Positions 43,582-54,458 of a stretch of 64,000 bases of DNA are shown one piece after another (position 1 is the first letter of the stretch; each line of letters opens with the position of its first letter). A program made the position numbers and the translations under genes. The DNA is from a virus, in the IMG/VR virus record IMGVR_UViG_3300043788_000023, positions 1 through 64,000 of that record. The stretch is one strand, 5' to 3'. The notes beneath the pieces are model-generated. The model did not search any database and was not told the DNA's origin. It saw nothing but the letters and a program-made list of their open reading frames with translations.

Positions 43582-45726
43582 TTACCTTCTTCCCCGCCTG
43601 CTCCAAGGGCTTACAGGGTTGGCTCCAGAGTAAGAAGCGTTGTGTTGTTGGGCTTTTTTGAGCTTCTCCATGATCTTCAAGACCTGCATGGGAATGCCGT
43701 CCATGCCGATTAGCGGAACCGGGGGCTTGGTAGCTTGGGACTGCATGAGCAGGCTGAGACCGGAGGGGTCCATCATCTGACCCTGTTCCAGCAACCAGCG
43801 CTGGGCGAGGAAGGCGCAGAGCATGGCAGCGTCCGCCATGTCGTCGTGAGCACCCTTTTCCTGTGGTGCCGCGACACGGATGCGGTACTTGGCGGCGACC
43901 TCAAGTTCAACAAGCTTCAGTTCTTGGATGAACTTTGGCACGTAGGGGAAAGAGCAACGTTCGGACTCAATATAACCACGCAGGGCGTACGCCATTTGCG
44001 AGTTGATCGCGGGTGTCAAGTTGACCAATTCAAAGTTCCTGATCTTCTTCAGTTCAAGAAGCTGGACAAGCTGCTGACCTCCGTGTTGGTCGGTTGCACC
44101 CTTGAAGCACGGAAGAATCTTGTTCATCTCATCCATCCACGCAAGGATGTCCTCAAGCGGGAGAACTTGGTAGTTGGAGTACTTGCCTTGCCCGATGCCC
44201 TGCTTGACGCCGGGCCACACACCATCTTCGCCGACCATCATGCGGTCAATGTAGTCGTACACCAGTTTGATCGTGCCGCCAGGTCCGCCAGGTTCAAGGT
44301 GGGCGATAGCGAGCGCCGATGCGTCATTGGTCATGCCAAGGTCAAAGCCCCAGAAGTAGTTCCTACCGACCTGTATCTGGGAGAAACGCTCAAGGTTGAG
44401 GCGTGCGCTGCTCATAACAGGCAAGCCCTTTTCGTCCCACTGGCAGTCAGTACACTTCTTGACGGAAGCCTCGGTCACGTACGATTCAGACGACTCAAGG
44501 AACTTGCCGCCGTACTCAGCCCTGAACGTGAGCGGGTTCTTCTTGTACTCGGACTTGAGGAACTTTGAGAGCAGCTTCGGGTTCATCTCAGCGCTTGGGC
44601 AGTTGAGTGTGAAGATCGGAGAGTCAGTCTTCATGCCTTCTTCCAGCGCCAGCTTGTGAAGCTCGTACATCTTACCGATCCTCTTCAGGGGCGAAGAGAT
44701 TGACAGAATCATGGAGTCTTGAATACCCACAGCCTCATTCTCGCCTTCAAATTCAAGGTTAGGCTCGGTGCCTTCCGCTTCTTCAAAGCGCACGTTGGAA
44801 TCTCCACCGAAGTCAGTGCCCATCGGCTGCTCGGGAAGATCGCTAGACTTCACTTCTTTTTCGTGGTGGAAGTCTGCGGTTGACGGTGAGGCGGCGGCGT
44901 ACATGTCGTCCGACGTTGATCCCTTTGCTGAACGGAAGTGAGCGAACTCGTCAAGCGCAAGGAAGATGGACGACGGCGAACGCACGGCGTTCGTGGTGCA
45001 AGGTAAGCACGACACGGTAACCGTGGGCGTGGACTCCTGCTTCTCACGGTCAGAGAGTGTGACGAATGCCAAGTCCTTCGCGTTGGTGTCCTTCAGGTAC
45101 GGGGCGAAGAAACTCTCAGCCTTGAGCACCTGTTCACGAAGCTTTTTGAATAGACGGTGAGCACCGTTCTCGTCCTGCGCAAGGAAGGTGAAGTCAATGA
45201 TGGAGCCGGGAAACAGACCGAAGTGCTCCTGTGGGGAGCGGATGTTGAGCAGCAGATACAGCTTGTACGCAGCAATAGCGGCAACCAATTCCGATTTGCC
45301 GCCACGGCGTCCGGCGAAGATGCAAGCCTCGTTGAAGCCCGCTTCTCCGGGTATGCCCCCCATGTTGGGAATCTCACGCCAGTCGTTGACGTTGCAGCGC
45401 TGCTCGTTGTAGGCGATGTGAAGGTACTCTTCCTCGGTCACATCGGCGTGTTTCTTCTTCTCACGGTACACGTCGTACATCGGTACCATGCCCCAGCCGG
45501 GGATGCGGGTCGCCCAGTCAGGCTTGTAGTCAAAAGGGACGCCGTAGATGCACTTGACGATGACCCGCTGCACGGGACGCAGAACGATGCCGATACCGCC
45601 CGGACCCTCAATGAAATCAATGGCATTTTGCAGCTTTGATGGGTCTTCAATACTCGCAGCGATAGCCTGCCCGAAGACGGAGTCTTTGGCGGATTTGCCG
45701 AAACGTTTGTTCCTAGAGATAGCCAT
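43582..45726 (-). CDS. terL: Terminase large subunit
   Basis: Walker A GRRGGKS, Walker B LALDEFAHF, coupling ISSP, nuclease GFDLG..ND and HDDMADA. Confidence 0.9.
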   Translation of the reverse strand: MAISRNKRFGKSAKDSVFGQAIAASIEDPSKLQNAIDFIEGPGGIGIVLRPVQRVIVKCIYGVPFDYKPDWATRIPGWGMVPMYDVYREKKKHADVTEEEYLHIAYNEQRCNVNDWREIPNMGGIPGEAGFNEACIFAGRRGGKSELVAAIAAYKLYLLLNIRSPQEHFGLFPGSIIDFTFLAQDENGAHRLFKKLREQVLKAESFFAPYLKDTNAKDLAFVTLSDREKQESTPTVTVSCLPCTTNAVRSPSSIFLALDEFAHFRSAKGSTSDDMYAAASPSTADFHHEKEVKSSDLPEQPMGTDFGGDSNVRFEEAEGTEPNLEFEGENEAVGIQDSMILSISSPLKRIGKMYELHKLALEEGMKTDSPIFTLNCPSAEMNPKLLSKFLKSEYKKNPLTFRAEYGGKFLESSESYVTEASVKKCTDCQWDEKGLPVMSSARLNLERFSQIQVGRNYFWGFDLGMTNDASALAIAHLEPGGPGGTIKLVYDYIDRMMVGEDGVWPGVKQGIGQGKYSNYQVLPLEDILAWMDEMNKILPCFKGATDQHGGQQLVQLLELKKIRNFELVNLTPAINSQMAYALRGYIESERCSFPYVPKFIQELKLVELEVAAKYRIRVAAPQEKGAHDDMADAAMLCAFLAQRWLLEQGQMMDPSGLSLLMQSQATKPPVPLIGMDGIPMQVLKIMEKLKKAQQHNASYSGANPVSPWSRRGRR

Positions 45727-45728
45727 GT

Positions 45729-45748
45729 CTACTAAAAGGCTTGAAAAT
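45729..45748 (-). promoter_or_regulatory. Putative late-promoter motif ATTTTCAAGCCTTTTAGTAG
   Basis: Divergent copy ending 2 nt before the terminase ATG, no RBS. Confidence 0.4.
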
Positions 45749-45924
45749 TGGGGTTTTTAGAAGAAGGAGGTGGGGCTGCGGCGTAGATTAGGTGCGCAGC
45801 CCCTTTTATCGACCGCCACGGGGTAGAGGTGCCGCATGGCGACCCATATCTCAAATTGGAGCGCCGCGTTGCTTGTGTGCGCCACAGGAAGCTCCTAGAA
45901 AGCCGCCAGCAGCCGCAGCGCATG

Positions 45925-46185
45925 TTAGTGCATCAAGAGAAGGGCAACTACTGCGCCCAGAGTCCATCCCAGCCAGTCCGTGAGGTTATCAAGGAAAGTC
46001 TGCGGTGGGTTCTTCTCGTACTTCGCATCGTACCAAAATTCTTTGACGGCGGCAAGTAGCGCTACGATGACGGTCGTGAACAAATGATGCGGCGTGTGTT
46101 CAACGATCAAGGCGGCGACACCGAAGTGCGCCCAGAAAGCTACGAACTGAATGTTCTGCCCCGCCTTCGCAATCCAAGACGCCAT
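45925..46185 (-). CDS. Small membrane protein
   Basis: Three hydrophobic segments with H..KE..D residues. Confidence 0.7.
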   Translation of the reverse strand: MASWIAKAGQNIQFVAFWAHFGVAALIVEHTPHHLFTTVIVALLAAVKEFWYDAKYEKNPPQTFLDNLTDWLGWTLGAVVALLLMH

Positions 46186-46188
46186 AGG

Positions 46189-46545
46189 TTACCGTCCGTT
46201 GCCCAGTTTGCCAAGCACTGAAGCGACGTGTGCTTGCGCATCGGCGAATTCTGTGTCCCAGCTTGACTCACGCACGACGGCTTGCTTGCGACCAAATCCA
46301 TCAACGTGGCGGATCATGCCCCCAGTGCGCATCGTGCGTGTCGGGGACTCATTCTGATCTTGAAAGGACATCGGGTCTTCAAGCCAAAGCTCAACGACCG
46401 CTTCTTCCTCTTCAGAACTGACAGCGGACTCAAGGAAGTTATCAGCCTCGTCCACCACGTCTTTCCAGTGACGAAACTCAACGGGGTGACCGTCAGCGAC
46501 GGCTCCGGTCTTAACGAAGCCGGAACCTGTGATGCGAACGATCAT
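46189..46545 (-). CDS. Hypothetical protein
   Basis: ATGA coupling in the operon. Confidence 0.7.
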   Translation of the reverse strand: MIVRITGSGFVKTGAVADGHPVEFRHWKDVVDEADNFLESAVSSEEEEAVVELWLEDPMSFQDQNESPTRTMRTGGMIRHVDGFGRKQAVVRESSWDTEFADAQAHVASVLGKLGNGR

Positions 46546-46841
46546 ACGCGGGTCTCAAGCTCCTTGATGATCTCCTCAAGGGTGAACTGCGCCTTGTAGG
46601 GCATCTCGGACTGAATCTTGCGAGCCTCAGCATTGATCTGCGTCAGAACCTCACGGACGATCTTGTCCACGAGCGGCTTGAACTCGGGGTAGCGCTGCAA
46701 TCCCATTAGCGGCTTGCTTTGTTCAGACGTCTCCAAGCCCTCTGGTGCCTCGGAAGAGTAATCCGCCTGCTTGGTGTGGCGAGCGATTGCCTTCTCGGCT
46801 TGTTTGCGGATTATCTCCGCCCGTGCTGTCAGGTCTGCCAT
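46542..46841 (-). CDS. Hypothetical protein
   Basis: 99 aa; contains KQAD motif. Confidence 0.7.
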   Translation of the reverse strand: MADLTARAEIIRKQAEKAIARHTKQADYSSEAPEGLETSEQSKPLMGLQRYPEFKPLVDKIVREVLTQINAEARKIQSEMPYKAQFTLEEIIKELETRV

Positions 46842-46842
46842 G

Positions 46843-49800
46843 TTACTCCCTTGTACCGCAGACGAACTTGTACTTCATAACCAGAGAATCGGTGTCAATC
46901 GTTTCCGGGCGAACGAACACTTCGTACACGAATCCGCCCTCCGGGTTGTCGTTCCACACCGCAGCTTGCGCCCAAGCTTCGTTGATCGCAGCCTTGATGT
47001 CGCCGTCGTTGAGCTTGTCCATCAGCCACTTGACACGACCGCCCTGCGTGGTCTGACCCGGAGGCAGGATCGCTCCAGTGCCCTGTTCAATGATGTCAAG
47101 TTGAAGCTCGCCCATGCCCGGCACCTTGTCAAGCAGCGGGCGTGTCGTGACCTTGAACGCTGCCACGAGTGTGGCTGCGATCTCACCGCAAACCTTCTTG
47201 AGGAACAGAGCGAACTGTTTCGTCTCGTCGCCCTCGGCCGCCGTCTTGGATGCTACTGCCATCGCAGCGCCGGGGATGCCCTCGTACTGACCGTAGAATT
47301 CGTCCGTGAACATCGCACCACGGATGTCGTTCTCCTTGCGGAGAGGCGCACCTTCCAGAACTTCAGGCTTGCCGTCACGTCCGATGCCCATTCCGCTTGC
47401 GGGTGATGTGGATGAATAGTCTGCCGCTGCCATGGCGAGAGGTTCAACTTCGCCAACGTCAGCAGGAAGCTGAATCATCTCAACGATGTTGGTGTCAAGA
47501 GCTTCGTCAAGAATGCCCTCAAGTTCGTGACCGCCGTCGCCGACGATCTCAGGTGCCCCAGCGCCACTCATCGGCTGGTTGGTTGCGTTCGGATAGTCCA
47601 CGATCTCGTGCTGGATTTCCGGGTAGAATTCCTTCACCACTTGTCCGGGGAAGAAGAAATTGAAGCCTGCTTCCTTCTCAACCTGTTCTTCTGTCTTTGC
47701 CATACCGTCTCCTGCCTTTTTCACGCCGCTGCCTCCCGCCATATAGGCTTCCTCGTCCCAGCGCATGCCGTACTGTGCGAGGATTCGTTCGGACTCTGCC
47801 CGGTCAGGACCGCCCATGACGTTGACCATGGGGTCGGGCATCTTCATCGTTTGGATCGCGATCTGAAGTTGGTGCCACTCAGGGCTGCCCTTTTGGGGCA
47901 TGCTCTTTGCCGAAGTGACACGAACGGTCGTGTTCTTGAGGGAGGATTGTACCTGCTCAAACTCCTCAAACTTCTTGCCCTTGGTCCCAGCGCCCAGCGT
48001 GTCGTAGAACATGTAGGTGTCGCTTTCGGGCGTGTAGTCCACCTGCAAATTCAAGGCTGCTGCAATGTCCATCATGAACGACGGAAGCTGTTGTTCAAAG
48101 GAGTCCATGTAGCCCTGCGGGTTCTTCCTCTTCAACTCTTGGAAGTGATCGTTGAGCTTGTTCGCAACCACTTCTGGGGTGAGCGGGTTCTTCGCATCAG
48201 CATTGATACGTGTCTCAACAGAGAAGGCTACCTTGCCAACCTTGTATGCCTTCTTGACGGATGCGCTGTACATCTTGTTCGCGGGCCAAGTCTCAAAGCG
48301 AATCGCCGGGTATCCGTTGACCTCACCACGCATTGCCCACGTGAAGTCCTTGGTATTGTGCTCCGGGTCCAGTGTCGGGTAGTGCTCACGGGCTTCTTCG
48401 AGATTTGAGAACACCTCGTAGCCCTTATCACCGACAACTTCCACAAGCATCTCGTAAGACCAGCCCTTCCACTCCGCAGTCTTGACGGAAGCCTTGAGGC
48501 TCCAGCGCATCTGCTTGTGTGCGAGCACGCCTTCTTTCAGAAGCTCGTTGAGGATCGGCCAAGAAAGGTTGGTGTACTTGCCACCACCGAGTGCCTTCTC
48601 AATCTCACCTGTGGTCTTCGCACCGTGACTGAGAATCTCCAGCACAAGGTTGCGCTTCGCCGGGTCGGCTGCTGCCTTCTTTGACTCTTTCCTGAACTGA
48701 ATTTCAATGGACTCACTTGAAGTGCCCGGCTGAACTTCAGTTGCTCCTTGAGCGCAAGCATCGAACAAAGCATTGGATGCCGCTTCGCCCTTATGCTTCC
48801 TCATGATCTGTTTCACCAGACGGTCGTAGGACCCCTGATCCATCAACTTCCAGTAGCGAAGTTCTTGACCGCCAAACGCCCCCTTCGGATTGTGGTAGCC
48901 TTTGACCAGCACTTGACCTTCGGGAATTCCCGGCAGCGCTCTCTGGTGCCGCATGGTAGTTACCGAGTTGACAGGCTTCTTTGGCTCACGGGCACGCATA
49001 CGATCCTGTTTTTCCTGCACGGACTCAACCTGACCCATGTCAATCTCTGCTGTCTTGATGGCAGCCTTCTTTGACGATTTCTTTTGGTCGGAGTTCCACC
49101 CGCACTTGCACTGGTAGGACTCTTCGTGATTTGACTTCGTCGCTTCCTTGCCGCAGCGTGGGCACTTCATTGAGAAGCCGCCTGCGGTCTTGCCAAATTT
49201 CGTAGAAGCGTTCTTGATGAAGGTACTTGCTTCCTTGAACGTAGAGAACGAAGCCTGACGCTGCGTTCCACGGAATGTGAATCCCACATGGAACTGCGGT
49301 CCTTCAAGGTCTGTACCGCCGAACATACCGCCGCCCTGACCGGATGTGATCTTGCTGTCATCCTCACCACCGATGGGTTCGGCAGCTTTCTTAGCGCCGA
49401 CGTTGATGATGATCTGTGTGCCGGGCTTTGCGGAAACCTCAGTCGCCGGAGCCTCGCCGTTGAGCTTGGCTTCCGATTGCTCCACCGCATGATTGACCTG
49501 ATCTTGCTTGACGTCAATAGGCTTGCCAACTTCCATCTCCGCCTGTGTCTCAATTGCCTCACGGATCGCGTTCACGTTCTGGCGCTCCGGGGACTTGATG
49601 CCGCCATCAGTCACGGGGACGCCGCTCTCCTCGTGTTGGTTCGCATTGAGTTCGTCGTTGGAGGCTCCTGCTTCCGGTCCCTCAATGTGGGCTTGACCGT
49701 ACGCGTTCTCAATCGGCTCCATCATCTTGGAAAGTTCGCCGTCGCTGTGTATCAGTTCTGCCGCCAAGATGTGAACCGTCTCGCTCCAGTTCTCGTCAGC

Positions 49801-50400
49801 AAACTTAATCTTGGCTGAACTTGTCTTTGAGGAGGCTGCTTCCCCGATCTCGGCTTCGTACGGCTTCTCGTAGTGGGGCAGTCCCAGCGCCGTCAAGTGC
49901 TTGCACTTGCGGTGACCGATCCAACCAGGGCAGTCGCAGCCCCAGTAGCGCCTGCTCTTGTTCTGCGCGATGGTGTAGAGCCTTCCCGAAGACTCGGACT
50001 TGATGTAAAAGCGGTTCGTCCAGTTGGTGTTGTCGGGCAGCAGTTGTCCATCAAACTCACGACCGTTGATGACTATGGCTGCCGGGTTGAACGGCGTGTC
50101 GTCCGTGGTCTTCGGCGGTTTCCTAGCACGTGGCGGTTTGCCCTCGGATTGAGATCGTGGCGTTTGGTACTGTTCCTTAGGCTGATACGACGGAGCGGGG
50201 GCTTTCTTCTCCGCTGCTGGCTGGGACGAGGCTGACGGGACGGCGATGTTGAGGGGCTTCATGCCAGCAGAGACACGCATCTCATTGAGGGCGTCAATCT
50301 CTTCCTGCTCGACCGGGTGTCCTTCAGTGAGCTTCCACATCAGCGTCTTCGTGAAGACGGTGATTGCCTTGCTCATGTCCGCTATTTTGTGCTGGCTCAT
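46843..50400 (-). CDS. Large modular protein (1185 aa), probable virion or head protein; SWIM Zn finger, Zn ribbon and wHTH-like modules
   Basis: WGCDCPGW..CKHL; CPRC..CKCG; LEILSHGAKTTGEIEKALG; many KxA linkers; operon upstream of the terminase. Confidence 0.75.
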   Translation of the reverse strand: MSQHKIADMSKAITVFTKTLMWKLTEGHPVEQEEIDALNEMRVSAGMKPLNIAVPSASSQPAAEKKAPAPSYQPKEQYQTPRSQSEGKPPRARKPPKTTDDTPFNPAAIVINGREFDGQLLPDNTNWTNRFYIKSESSGRLYTIAQNKSRRYWGCDCPGWIGHRKCKHLTALGLPHYEKPYEAEIGEAASSKTSSAKIKFADENWSETVHILAAELIHSDGELSKMMEPIENAYGQAHIEGPEAGASNDELNANQHEESGVPVTDGGIKSPERQNVNAIREAIETQAEMEVGKPIDVKQDQVNHAVEQSEAKLNGEAPATEVSAKPGTQIIINVGAKKAAEPIGGEDDSKITSGQGGGMFGGTDLEGPQFHVGFTFRGTQRQASFSTFKEASTFIKNASTKFGKTAGGFSMKCPRCGKEATKSNHEESYQCKCGWNSDQKKSSKKAAIKTAEIDMGQVESVQEKQDRMRAREPKKPVNSVTTMRHQRALPGIPEGQVLVKGYHNPKGAFGGQELRYWKLMDQGSYDRLVKQIMRKHKGEAASNALFDACAQGATEVQPGTSSESIEIQFRKESKKAAADPAKRNLVLEILSHGAKTTGEIEKALGGGKYTNLSWPILNELLKEGVLAHKQMRWSLKASVKTAEWKGWSYEMLVEVVGDKGYEVFSNLEEAREHYPTLDPEHNTKDFTWAMRGEVNGYPAIRFETWPANKMYSASVKKAYKVGKVAFSVETRINADAKNPLTPEVVANKLNDHFQELKRKNPQGYMDSFEQQLPSFMMDIAAALNLQVDYTPESDTYMFYDTLGAGTKGKKFEEFEQVQSSLKNTTVRVTSAKSMPQKGSPEWHQLQIAIQTMKMPDPMVNVMGGPDRAESERILAQYGMRWDEEAYMAGGSGVKKAGDGMAKTEEQVEKEAGFNFFFPGQVVKEFYPEIQHEIVDYPNATNQPMSGAGAPEIVGDGGHELEGILDEALDTNIVEMIQLPADVGEVEPLAMAAADYSSTSPASGMGIGRDGKPEVLEGAPLRKENDIRGAMFTDEFYGQYEGIPGAAMAVASKTAAEGDETKQFALFLKKVCGEIAATLVAAFKVTTRPLLDKVPGMGELQLDIIEQGTGAILPPGQTTQGGRVKWLMDKLNDGDIKAAINEAWAQAAVWNDNPEGGFVYEVFVRPETIDTDSLVMKYKFVCGTRE

Positions 50401-50408
50401 GGTTCCCC

Positions 50409-53400
50409 TTACTGTTCTTCTTCGTCTTCCACGAGTACGATGTCAGCTAGGTCGCCTGCGCCGAAGTCAAACTCAACTGACTCGGGCTGGCTCTCGCCAC
50501 ATGCTTTCTTATCCGCTGCAAAGTGATCCGGGTTGACCGTGTCGGTCGCTGCGGAGTCATCTGCCACGTCCGCCTTGTTATAGTCCACTTCGGACTTCGC
50601 TTCGCTCATGTCACCGCTGATGTCTGCGGCGAGCTTAGGCATCTGCATGCCAGCCGCAAGACCCTTGCGGGTCATGAAAGCCTTGATCGGACCCATCGCC
50701 TTCGCGATAGACTTGTCGTTAATCAAGGGCGAAGTCTCTGGGAATGACTGACCACGCTTGGCGTTCATGCCTTGCTCAATCAGTGTCATAAGCTGTCCGC
50801 ATGCTGCAACTGGAGCACGCCAGTAAGCCCAGCCATCGCTGTGGCTGTTGACCTGATCCTTGAACTCGTTCAAGAAGCGTACTGCCTTCCCGAGAACGGG
50901 GTCATTGCCGAGGACACGCAGAGCGTCCTCAATGTCGTAGTCGTTCATGAAGTGCAGCGCCGTCTTGTCCGAGGATTCCTTGGACTTGTGGCAGTCCTCG
51001 TTCACTTCGGCGTTCCAGCGGATACCGCAGTCTGCGCAGCGTCCATCTTTCCACTCGTGCTTGCCAGCAATTTTCACAGAGGCACCCTTCTGGAACTCGG
51101 CGTCTGCAACAGCCTGCGCATCACTGGTCGTCAGCCCTTCCAACTCCAGTTCATGCACCCGCTTGGCGTAACCGGGCGGGTCGTTGGGGGCATCCATGAA
51201 TTCCTCTTCAAACTCCTGCTGAGGAACTAGCTCGGGATGTTCCTTGACGCACTTGGCGCATAGTTCGCCTTCTTCCAACTTAATGGCTTCACGCTCGTCG
51301 GCGAGTTCGCCGCAGTTGTGGCACGTGATGCTGTGCTTGTCAACCCAGCTTGGCTGATCCTGAGACCAGTCTTCATGCGGTTCACGCAAGTGCATGCCCA
51401 ACGAGGGAAGGTCTTCCGCTGTCTTCTTACCAGCTTCCTCAACCGAAACGGTCGGGTGCTGAATGTCCTTGTCAACCGTGTCCGGGCTTACGGTCTCAGC
51501 TTTCGCTTCAGCCGCATCGCCTGAGATGTCTGCGCCGGACTTTTGCCCCGGAGGCGGTGCATCGGGTCCGGTTGTGTCCTTGATCTCCGCATCGGTCTTC
51601 GGCTGGATGATGCCCTCGCCGCCCTTCCAGTTTGCCGGGTTGTCTGCGGTGTCGGCTTTCTTACCGCTGCCAAGCCGTTCCTGACCCGGCGCTGGCTTGC
51701 CCTTTTTCACACGCACGATGTTCCGTTCGTTGACGAGTCCGGGCGTGCCGTGCCGTCCGCCCATGTTGAGTACCCAGCCGCCCGGTTCAGCCGAGTGCAT
51801 GACTGCTGTTCCGGTTGCTTCCTTCCACTCTTGACCGCCACGTCCCATACCTGCGGGGATCATGATCGTGACACGGTCGCCGTGCTTGATAGACTTCAAA
51901 AGCTGTTCGCGGTTGATCATCTCGTCTTCGTAGAGACGCTTCACGCCGCCAGCCTGCTTGATGTCTGCGCCAGCTTCCGGCTTCGGACGATCAGTTCCTT
52001 CCGAACGCTCGGTGTTGTAGTCCTGATGGCATTCAACTGTGTCGCTCGGCCCGTTCTCTTTCGTGGACGGGTTCGCTGCGCTGTCAATGTCGTAGCCGTT
52101 GTCGGCCGTGTCGGCTTTCTTCTCAACAGAACCGTAGCGAGCTTCGTCCGCTTCGTCCATAACCGGGGCGGAGCAGCACGGATCGTCCTCGTCAACCTCC
52201 ATGCCGCACTCAAAGCACTCACGCTGTGGAATCCACATGCCGTTCTCGGAATCCCAACGTGCGCCCATGTTAGGGCATCCGGTCTCGTGGCAGGGTGTGC
52301 CGTTGATCTGCATCATCTCGCACTGGTCGCAGCCCATGCGAGGAAGTTCTTCCTCGCTCTCAATCTCGCCTGCTACGTCTTCAACGAAGTCGGCGTACTT
52401 GGCATTGATGCCCCACGAAGATTCGTGGTGCTCTTCTCCCTGAGTCGGAGCATTCTCAAGGTCGGTCTCCTGAGACTCGGCTTCGCTGTCGGAGATTTCC
52501 TTCTCGTCTTCCGGTTCGGTGCTGCGGAACGCCTCGGGGAGGTCTTGCACGTCCTTCTTGTTCGGACGTCCCTTCGGTGTCTCGCTCTCGCTGCCTTCTC
52601 CCGTGGTCTCACTCCAGCCGCCCTGATCTTCCGTGTTGGAAGGAGCCGGGTTGCTGGGGTCGGTGTCAACGTCCACGAGCGGTGCTGGACCCATGTCCTC
52701 GGTGATCGCATCCCAGATGGAATCAATGTCAAGCTCAACCGCTACCTTCGGGCGGAACTTGTCAAGCAACGATTCCTTCTTAGCACGAGCCTGCTTCGCC
52801 TTGTGCGACATTGCCACGGTCGGCTCGTCAATCTCGGTCGCAACCACGTCAGCGACGTAGCTCGCCATGATTTCCACGTTGGAGCGCTTCGTCTTTGACG
52901 GAATCTCGGCGCTGCCCCACTTCTCGTTAGACCTGCGGGTGAGCGGGTCTTCACCGTATCCGCCAGCCGCAATCTCTTTCTTGTGATCGGCTGCTGCGTG
53001 CGGTGCGTACTCGTCATTGTTCCCCATCTTGTCGGTGATGTAGTCCTTCACCTTCTGGGGCGGCATGTTGTGCTTGTCAACGAACCCACCGTTGTATGCG
53101 GCGCTGTAGGCGCTGGACAGACGGGTCGGGTCTACACGCAACGTTTCCGGGTGAGCGGAGTTGCGCTGACGATTGCTCGGGTTGTTCGCTGCGGCTGCTG
53201 CCTTGCAGGTGCAGCCTTGGCATGAACACTCAGCGCCAGCCTTCTTGCAGCCTGGGCAGATGCCGTTTGCGTCAATGTGTGCAACCTTCTTGCCGACCTT
53301 GGACTCGTCCGCCTTACTGCGCGGTACACCAGTCTCGTCAACGGCGATTCCGATTGGGTCGCCATCCACCTTGCGGTGTTCTGGATCGTCTTCCCCGACG

Positions 53401-54449
53401 CTTTCCTTCATCGCGGGAGCGGAGGCTTCCTGCTCGGCGTGAGCTTCGGTGCCAGGCCCGACGTTCGTGAACGGGGTCTCGTGCGGTGCGCAAGCTTCCT
53501 TCTCCTTGGAACCGAACGGAGGAGCCTGCTTTCCACCGAATGCCTCGGCAGAAGCTTCACGGGGCACGCCCGGCGTCGCTTCCGGTGCCTTGAATCCGCC
53601 CTCGCCCTGTGCGCCATCGGCGCTGGGCAGTAGGGAGTTCTCAAGCGCTTCGTTCAGGGAGTCAAACACATCAAGTTCCTGAGGGTCAAGCGTCTGCTTG
53701 GTGATGTCGTCGGCAGTCTTCCTGTTCAGGAGGATCGTCGCCTTCTTGTAGCTTCCCTGCTTCTCAAGCTGCGGGAACTGCTTCAGCGGGTTCTCGGTCA
53801 GAAACGGGTAGGACAGCTTCGGCGTGATGTCGGTGACATCCACCTTGGTTGTGTCCACGTTGGTCATCAGCGCGTTGAAGGCGCTGGAGACTGACGGGTT
53901 GTAGTACGCTGAAAAAACTTGGTGGCGCAGGTTGTTCTTGAGTTCGTCTGCGTCCTTGCTGAAGTGGAAGCAGATGTACTCACGGGAGTTCATCCAGTTC
54001 GGAGCGAACACCACGAGGGATGCTTCCTCGCCTGTGCGGATGTCCTTGAAGAGTGATTCCTTGAGGGAGTCAAAGTCTGCTTGAGAGTACTCGTCAAATT
54101 CGGATTCGCCGATCTTCTTGTCAACCAAGTCAGCGATTTCCTCACCGCCCCATCCGAAGATGCGGACGAGAGCGCCATGAAGCAACGCTGTGGGGAAGTT
54201 CTTCTTGTCATTGCACACCTTGGCGGGGACGACCATGATGCGACCGAGGGAGATGTTGGCACGGAAGCCGTGGCAGAAGACTTCAAACGACTGGATGTTG
54301 CCGGACGAGCGGGCTTCCTTCTCGCCAGCCTGCACTGCCTCAACGACCTTAGCGAGGAGTTCTTCGCTGACCGTGAAAATCTGGTAGGACTTGCCAGCTA
54401 CGCTGTTGCCGCTGACGCCCGCCTTTTTCTTGATTTCCTTTGCCATCAC
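50409..54449 (-). CDS. Large acidic modular protein (1346 aa), probable head or scaffold-like polyprotein
   Basis: Globular N-terminal ~245 aa, then acidic and Cys-rich modules separated by KxA motifs. Confidence 0.75.
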   Translation of the reverse strand: MMAKEIKKKAGVSGNSVAGKSYQIFTVSEELLAKVVEAVQAGEKEARSSGNIQSFEVFCHGFRANISLGRIMVVPAKVCNDKKNFPTALLHGALVRIFGWGGEEIADLVDKKIGESEFDEYSQADFDSLKESLFKDIRTGEEASLVVFAPNWMNSREYICFHFSKDADELKNNLRHQVFSAYYNPSVSSAFNALMTNVDTTKVDVTDITPKLSYPFLTENPLKQFPQLEKQGSYKKATILLNRKTADDITKQTLDPQELDVFDSLNEALENSLLPSADGAQGEGGFKAPEATPGVPREASAEAFGGKQAPPFGSKEKEACAPHETPFTNVGPGTEAHAEQEASAPAMKESVGEDDPEHRKVDGDPIGIAVDETGVPRSKADESKVGKKVAHIDANGICPGCKKAGAECSCQGCTCKAAAAANNPSNRQRNSAHPETLRVDPTRLSSAYSAAYNGGFVDKHNMPPQKVKDYITDKMGNNDEYAPHAAADHKKEIAAGGYGEDPLTRRSNEKWGSAEIPSKTKRSNVEIMASYVADVVATEIDEPTVAMSHKAKQARAKKESLLDKFRPKVAVELDIDSIWDAITEDMGPAPLVDVDTDPSNPAPSNTEDQGGWSETTGEGSESETPKGRPNKKDVQDLPEAFRSTEPEDEKEISDSEAESQETDLENAPTQGEEHHESSWGINAKYADFVEDVAGEIESEEELPRMGCDQCEMMQINGTPCHETGCPNMGARWDSENGMWIPQRECFECGMEVDEDDPCCSAPVMDEADEARYGSVEKKADTADNGYDIDSAANPSTKENGPSDTVECHQDYNTERSEGTDRPKPEAGADIKQAGGVKRLYEDEMINREQLLKSIKHGDRVTIMIPAGMGRGGQEWKEATGTAVMHSAEPGGWVLNMGGRHGTPGLVNERNIVRVKKGKPAPGQERLGSGKKADTADNPANWKGGEGIIQPKTDAEIKDTTGPDAPPPGQKSGADISGDAAEAKAETVSPDTVDKDIQHPTVSVEEAGKKTAEDLPSLGMHLREPHEDWSQDQPSWVDKHSITCHNCGELADEREAIKLEEGELCAKCVKEHPELVPQQEFEEEFMDAPNDPPGYAKRVHELELEGLTTSDAQAVADAEFQKGASVKIAGKHEWKDGRCADCGIRWNAEVNEDCHKSKESSDKTALHFMNDYDIEDALRVLGNDPVLGKAVRFLNEFKDQVNSHSDGWAYWRAPVAACGQLMTLIEQGMNAKRGQSFPETSPLINDKSIAKAMGPIKAFMTRKGLAAGMQMPKLAADISGDMSEAKSEVDYNKADVADDSAATDTVNPDHFAADKKACGESQPESVEFDFGAGDLADIVLVEDEEEQ

Positions 54450-54458
54450 TTTTCCCCT

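Noticed and set aside
44720-44865. Intein in the terminase (acidic ~50-aa insertion)
   Set aside because: Too short, with no N-terminal Cys/Ser block or His-Asn end; looks like a low-complexity loop.
45770-45806. GGGGCTGCG/CGCAGCCCC hairpin with T-run as a terminator or ncRNA
   Set aside because: The T-run is on the + strand while flanking genes are on the - strand and the loop is long; no function can be supported.
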